Shown here one piece after another: positions 48,759 to 55,605 of a stretch of DNA of 55,605 bases (position 1 is its first letter; each line of letters starts with the position of its first letter). This DNA comes from a virus (Duplodnaviria; Caudoviricetes), in IMG/VR virus record IMGVR_UViG_3300044998_001139, positions 1 to 55,605 of that record; one strand, written 5' to 3'. The notes below the pieces were generated by a model. That model was not told where the DNA came from and searched no databases. It saw nothing but the letters and a program-made list of their open reading frames with translations. Both the position numbers and the translations under genes were made by a program.

Positions 48759-50518
48759 CTACCACCATCTCCGATGAAACTCCTGTGCCCAGCTGACAAA
48801 CGCATCTATCACCGCACCGCATTCCTCGGCCGAGTGTCCGAAGATGCCAGCTCTGACGTAAGGTGACTTGTCTCCTTGACTATTGAGAGCGGCACGAATC
48901 TCCTCCAGGATGCGGTCGCGGTTGTCGTGCCGATATCCATAGCTTCCTGGAGGGGCCCAATACCAATCCTTGGCTCGCTTCGCATGATGGGCGTAGCTGA
49001 GCGCCATCAGGACCTCCAACCTGTCGAAGGCATAGGTGAATCGAGCTTCAGACGGGATGACACCTCGGAATCGAGGTGCCAACAGTACGTGTAGCCAGTC
49101 GTTAAGCGGCGCATAACGTCGCTCCATGCCTTCGAGAAGCCTCGGCGGCTCATTGCCACTCTCGAAGAGACAGAACGGCGGTAGCAGTTCGACGGCGGTT
49201 TTGTCCTCCCGATGCTCCCGATGGACAGGAGTGCCGAACAGCTTCCCCAGGAACAGCAATCCCCGTTCACCCGCGTCAATCGCGCCAAGGCCCAGGGCGT
49301 AAAGCAACAGGGTGGCCGGGTAGCGCTGCAACTCGACCCAAACCGTGTAACCCGCTTCTCCGCGTCGCGTGGCCAGCCGTGTCAACGCGGACTGCCACGT
49401 GGCGTAGTGCCAATCTTCCACCCAATAGCCGCCCACTGCGGCCATTGCGATCAGCGTCTCGCTGGCAGCCTCATAGGCGCGAACTCGAGCGGTAAACGAG
49501 TTCGTGTCTGGCGCAGGCCCGCCTTGGAGGACGAATGCAGGCCCATCCGTAGCCTCAAGCACGCGTTCGACCTCGCCATTGACCAGGTCTGCAAGGCGAA
49601 TCCGATGCTTGGGCTCAGCGAGATAGCCCTTGAGGCTTGCAACCGCCGCTTCGGTCGATAGAGGATGCGGCCGCGAGAACTGCTCCAGCGCCTCGACTAG
49701 ACGCGCGAGCTCCGAGAAAAAGCTGTCCGCATCCGCAATCGGGAGCACTTGCGCCTGCCGATGCTCGATCAGGCGCTTGGCCGCGTTGCCCGGCTCGCCA
49801 CGCGCAGCCCAGAAATGGGAGAAGCGGCGGGACACCGTCCGTTCGACGCTGGCACGCAAAGCAGTATCCCATTCCGCCGACCAACCGCAAACGATCAGGC
49901 CGAACTCGTCGAATATCCGATCCAGCAGATCGTCGAATTCCTTGGGGTAGGTTTCCAGTTCGGCGGGCGTGTTGCGGATGCGAGTGTCCAGGTAGTCGCC
50001 GTGCACCTTGAACACGCAGCACCGGGTGTGAATCAAGGGCATCGCACCATGCACCTGATCCGGCGAGCTGAGCACAGTCGGCACCACCCCAACGTCGGCC
50101 AGCGCCATCTCCATCAGCCGGTCGAAATTAGTGGTGATGATGACGCGGATGTACCCCTTGGCGGCAAGACCGGCGATGGCACGGTGCGCCGCACTAGGCG
50201 TCTTGAGCCCCTCGGCGCGTTCCTCCTCGGAAGGCTCGAGATAGCCGCGCAGCAACTGCTGGCGTTCAGCTGGGGTTTTAGCCAGCGCGTCCAGCAGGTC
50301 GGAATAGTCGGGCTCTTTGCCGTAACGCTCGCGATACCATAGGGCAGGATCAGCTCCGCAGGATTCGCCCGCCACCTCGGCGAGCTTGCGCACCAGATCG
50401 AGCGTGACTTCCCATCCAGTCGGAATACGTGCGGAGCGCGAAACGCCCGAGCCAAGCAACACGGCGTAGACGCCGGGGTTCGCTTGGATGGAGAAGGCAA
50501 GGGAATGCAGCGGGTCGA

Positions 50519-50522
<4 letters not shown>
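48759..50522 (-). CDS. SIR2-family protein (putative NADase) with long helical C-terminus
   Basis: LLGSGVS..IPTG, ITTNFD, KVHGD, CGWS..D; ATGA-coupled to hsdS. Confidence 0.85.
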
Positions 50523-53433
<2,911 letters not shown>

Positions 53434-53447
<14 letters not shown>

Positions 53448-54372
53448 CGTGTTCTTGTCCTTTGCGTGATGTCTTGGCTGGCGGGGGCTGGTAGCCCGGC
53501 GCGAGCTTGGCGTTTTCGACGCCGTACAGCGCCAGCGGATCGGCCAGCCACAGGCGGTACTGTTCTTCGGTAAGGCGATGGTCGGGCGAGCAGTCCACGC
53601 TCCAGCGCAGCAGCATGTAGCCGGCGACCGCCGCGCGCACGCGCACCCGCAGCGAGCCGCCCTGCATCCCGTAGTCCCGCTCGATGATCTCGGGGCGTTC
53701 GAGGCGCGGGTGCGGCACAAACTCCAGCTCGACGATGCGCGTCCACTGGATGTCGTGATCGGGCCGCTCAAAGGCCTGGGCTGCTTCATCCAGCAAAGTC
53801 GGCGCTTCGATGCGCGTGAGGACGAAGTCCCGGAACTCGCCGCGCTTTCGGTCAAAGGCCCGCACGTGCCAGCGCAGGCCGGTGTCCACCAAGGCGAAGG
53901 GCACAATGACCCGTTCGGTCTCGCCGCTGCTCATCGAGTGGTAGCGAATGGCGAGGGGCCGCTTGGCGTGGATCGCCCGGCACACCGGGGCCAACACCTC
54001 CATCCTGGGGTTGGAGAGGGCGGCGGGCGACTCGCACGGCAGCAGCGGTTGCAAGGACCGGGCCGGGCTATTCACGCCTTCGCCAAACCCATGGGCCAGC
54101 GCCGACAGCACGCGCTGCGGGGCGTGCTCGAACAGGGGGGAAAACGCCTGTCCGATACGGTAGACCTTGTGGCTGCCGTCAAAGGTGATGTTCTGCGGCG
54201 CGATTTCCCGGTACAGCGCCAAGTCACGCGTGGCCCCGGCCGGCGCCACCCCGAAGCGCTCGATGAGGTCGGGACGGCCGATCTCACCGAAGAAGTAGAG
54301 CCGAAAGTCGATGTAGGCCAGCCGCTCACGCTGGGCGTGGCTCAAGCTCTCGACGCGCTGGGGTTGAGTCAC
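53434..54372 (-). CDS. BrxR/CapW-like WYL-domain transcriptional regulator
   Basis: [26 protein letters not shown] wHTH; [23 protein letters not shown]; GTG start with RBS GAGGAG. Confidence 0.88.
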
Positions 54373-54449
54373 CGAAGGCTCCTCATCCAAGGCGAACGAC
54401 CGAAAGGCTGCGATTGGTTTTATGTTTGTCCATTGCTAGGCGACTCACA

Positions 54450-54494
54450 TCATCAAACTGATGACATTATGCGCCACAATCTGGACGGCAACAA
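54450..54494 (-). promoter_or_regulatory. Putative promoter and operator of the WYL/R-M operon
   Basis: Minus strand TTGTTG-N17-CATAAT; inverted repeat TCATCA-AAC-TGATGA (54450-54464) over the predicted +1. Confidence 0.45.
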
Positions 54495-54677
54495 CACGGA
54501 GATGGCCGAGCCTTGGGAGGCGAGTTCGATTCCGTGCTTGGAGGTTGAACCAGCGTCCTCGAAAGACGGTTGGGCGCGACATGCGTGCCCCAAATGACAA
54601 CGATCCGTGCAGAATCGCCGTTCAAGGCTACTCATGGGGACTCATTGCAGCCGTGATTGGCCGCGTGGCGTCGCCTT

Positions 54678-54687
54678 AGCACCACCA
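54678..54687 (+). repeat. Putative attR core
   Basis: AGCACCACCA versus tmRNA end AGCTCCACCA. Confidence 0.65.
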
Positions 54688-54693
54688 ATACCC

Positions 54694-54727
54694 AAAATCC
54701 CAACCCTTATCCGGTTGGGATTTTTTT
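54694..54727 (+). terminator. Intrinsic terminator similar to the one after ssrA
   Basis: AAAATCCCAACC-CTTATCC-GGTTGGGATTTTTTT. Confidence 0.8.
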
Positions 54728-54949
54728 GCCCGTTCTCCCAGTGTTGGCGCGGCTTCCGGGCCTGGCCTCGCGAGCGCACCCCCTGCGAAGGCGGCGTTTT
54801 TGCCCCCGCCGACGCCTCTCTGTTCTCCGTTTTCTCTGGTGGCCACGCGAGCGTTCTCGAGGTCACTTCCTTTGCTGGCGCGAGGTTAGAGGTGGTCGGT
54901 TGTGGTTGGCAACTCCTGTAGCGGTAGCGACCGAGTGCCGAGCGGCCAC

Positions 54950-54971
54950 AAAAAACCGCCCGCAGGCGGTT
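54950..54971 (-). terminator. Terminator of the Fur-family gene
   Basis: AACCGCC-4 nt-GGCGGTT stem with a T tract on the minus strand. Confidence 0.65.
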
Positions 54972-54988
54972 GCTGGCGCCACAAAGAT

Positions 54989-55387
54989 TCAGACGCATAC
55001 TTTGTGCGGGATGTCGGCATCGACGCACTCGCTACACCGCCCATACAAAATGATTTCGTGCTCTTCTACTTTGAAACCCGACGGAGCCAACTGATCCAGA
55101 TTGCCCGGGCAGGCCTCGAGATCAAAGACCCGCTCACATTGGCGACATTGGAAATGGTGATGGTGGGCGCGACTGGCCATTTCATAGCGTGGGTTCTGCC
55201 CCGGCAGCACCACCGCCTTGATGACCCCCTCATCTTGCAAGGCTTTAAGCTGCCGATACACCGTCGCAACGGACAGCTGAGGCACGGTCGCTGACGCCAG
55301 CGCCAAGACCTCTTGGGCCAATAAGGGGCGCTTGGCCTTGACCAGCGCATCGAAGATGGCCTGATGTTGTCGTGTCTTTCGTTCCAT
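54989..55387 (-). CDS. Fur-family regulator (Zur-like)
   Basis: TRQ..AI, LSVATVYRQL, HHHHFQCRQC, GRCSEC; divergent from a COG0523 gene. Confidence 0.88.
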   Translation of the reverse strand: MERKTRQHQAIFDALVKAKRPLLAQEVLALASATVPQLSVATVYRQLKALQDEGVIKAVVLPGQNPRYEMASRAHHHHFQCRQCERVFDLEACPGNLDQLAPSGFKVEEHEIILYGRCSECVDADIPHKVCV

Positions 55388-55434
55388 AACGACTCAAAGT
55401 CAGGGGAGCAATGCGCGATGGCTGCGCACTCGCC

Positions 55435-55481
55435 TTGACATTGTGCAACCCCACTAACGAGAATGCAATATCATTAGCACT
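55435..55481 (+). promoter_or_regulatory. Promoter with possible Zur/Fur-type box
   Basis: TTGACA-N18-GAGAAT overlapped by imperfect palindrome AATGCAATATCATTAGCACT; RBS AAGGAG. Confidence 0.45.
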
Positions 55482-55498
55482 AAGGAGATCCTCATCCC

Positions 55499-55605
55499 AT
55501 GCAGCCAACGACCCGTCGCTTGCCCGTCACCGTGCTATCCGGCTTCCTGGGCGCGGGCAAAACCACGCTACTCAATCACATCCTGAACAACCGAGAGGGG
55601 CGGCG
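55499..55605 (+). CDS. COG0523/CobW-ZigA family metallochaperone GTPase (partial)
   Basis: [34 protein letters not shown]; runs off the window. Confidence 0.9.
   Translation, partial: MQPTTRRLPVTVLSGFLGAGKTTLLNHILNNREGR

Noticed and set aside
53448-53906. N-terminal extension of HsdM in the ORF track
   Set aside because: It overlaps the WYL gene in another frame; HsdM similarity begins at MAKND (53447).
54495-54536. tRNA-like fragment (GGAGATGGCCGAG..GTTCGATTCC) as tRNA or alternative attR
   Set aside because: Only about 42 nt, no cloverleaf or CCA; the 54678 site has much better flanking support.

Overview
GC-rich betaproteobacterial-type chromosome. Host genes ompA (partial), ubiG, gph and ssrA (tmRNA, tag ANDERFALAA) are followed by an apparently complete ~52.3-kb temperate siphovirus-like prophage inserted at the ssrA 3' end (about 2361-54687; core AGC[T/A]CCACCA). 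The prophage carries a DUF2924/large serine recombinase module, a Sak4/SSB/Cas4-like/P4-primase replication module, a lambda-like cos site and head genes, a GTA-like tail tip and a lysis cassette. Two accessory blocks sit at its ends. Left end: an operon of a LexA-type HTH protein, a 262-aa Gly2 protein and a QatC-like QueC enzyme fused to a putative DNA-binding domain, with no QatA, QatD or DpdA. This is the best candidate for an undescribed system, possibly protein deazaguanylation used for regulation or defence. Right end: a BrxR-like WYL regulator heading a type I R-M operon with inserted SIR2, HEPN/Abi_C-like and GIY-YIG genes. Beyond attR lie a second copy of the element's left-end architecture, a Fur/Zur-family gene and the start of a COG0523 GTPase. 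All protein-family calls come from motif recognition by eye; no database search was run.
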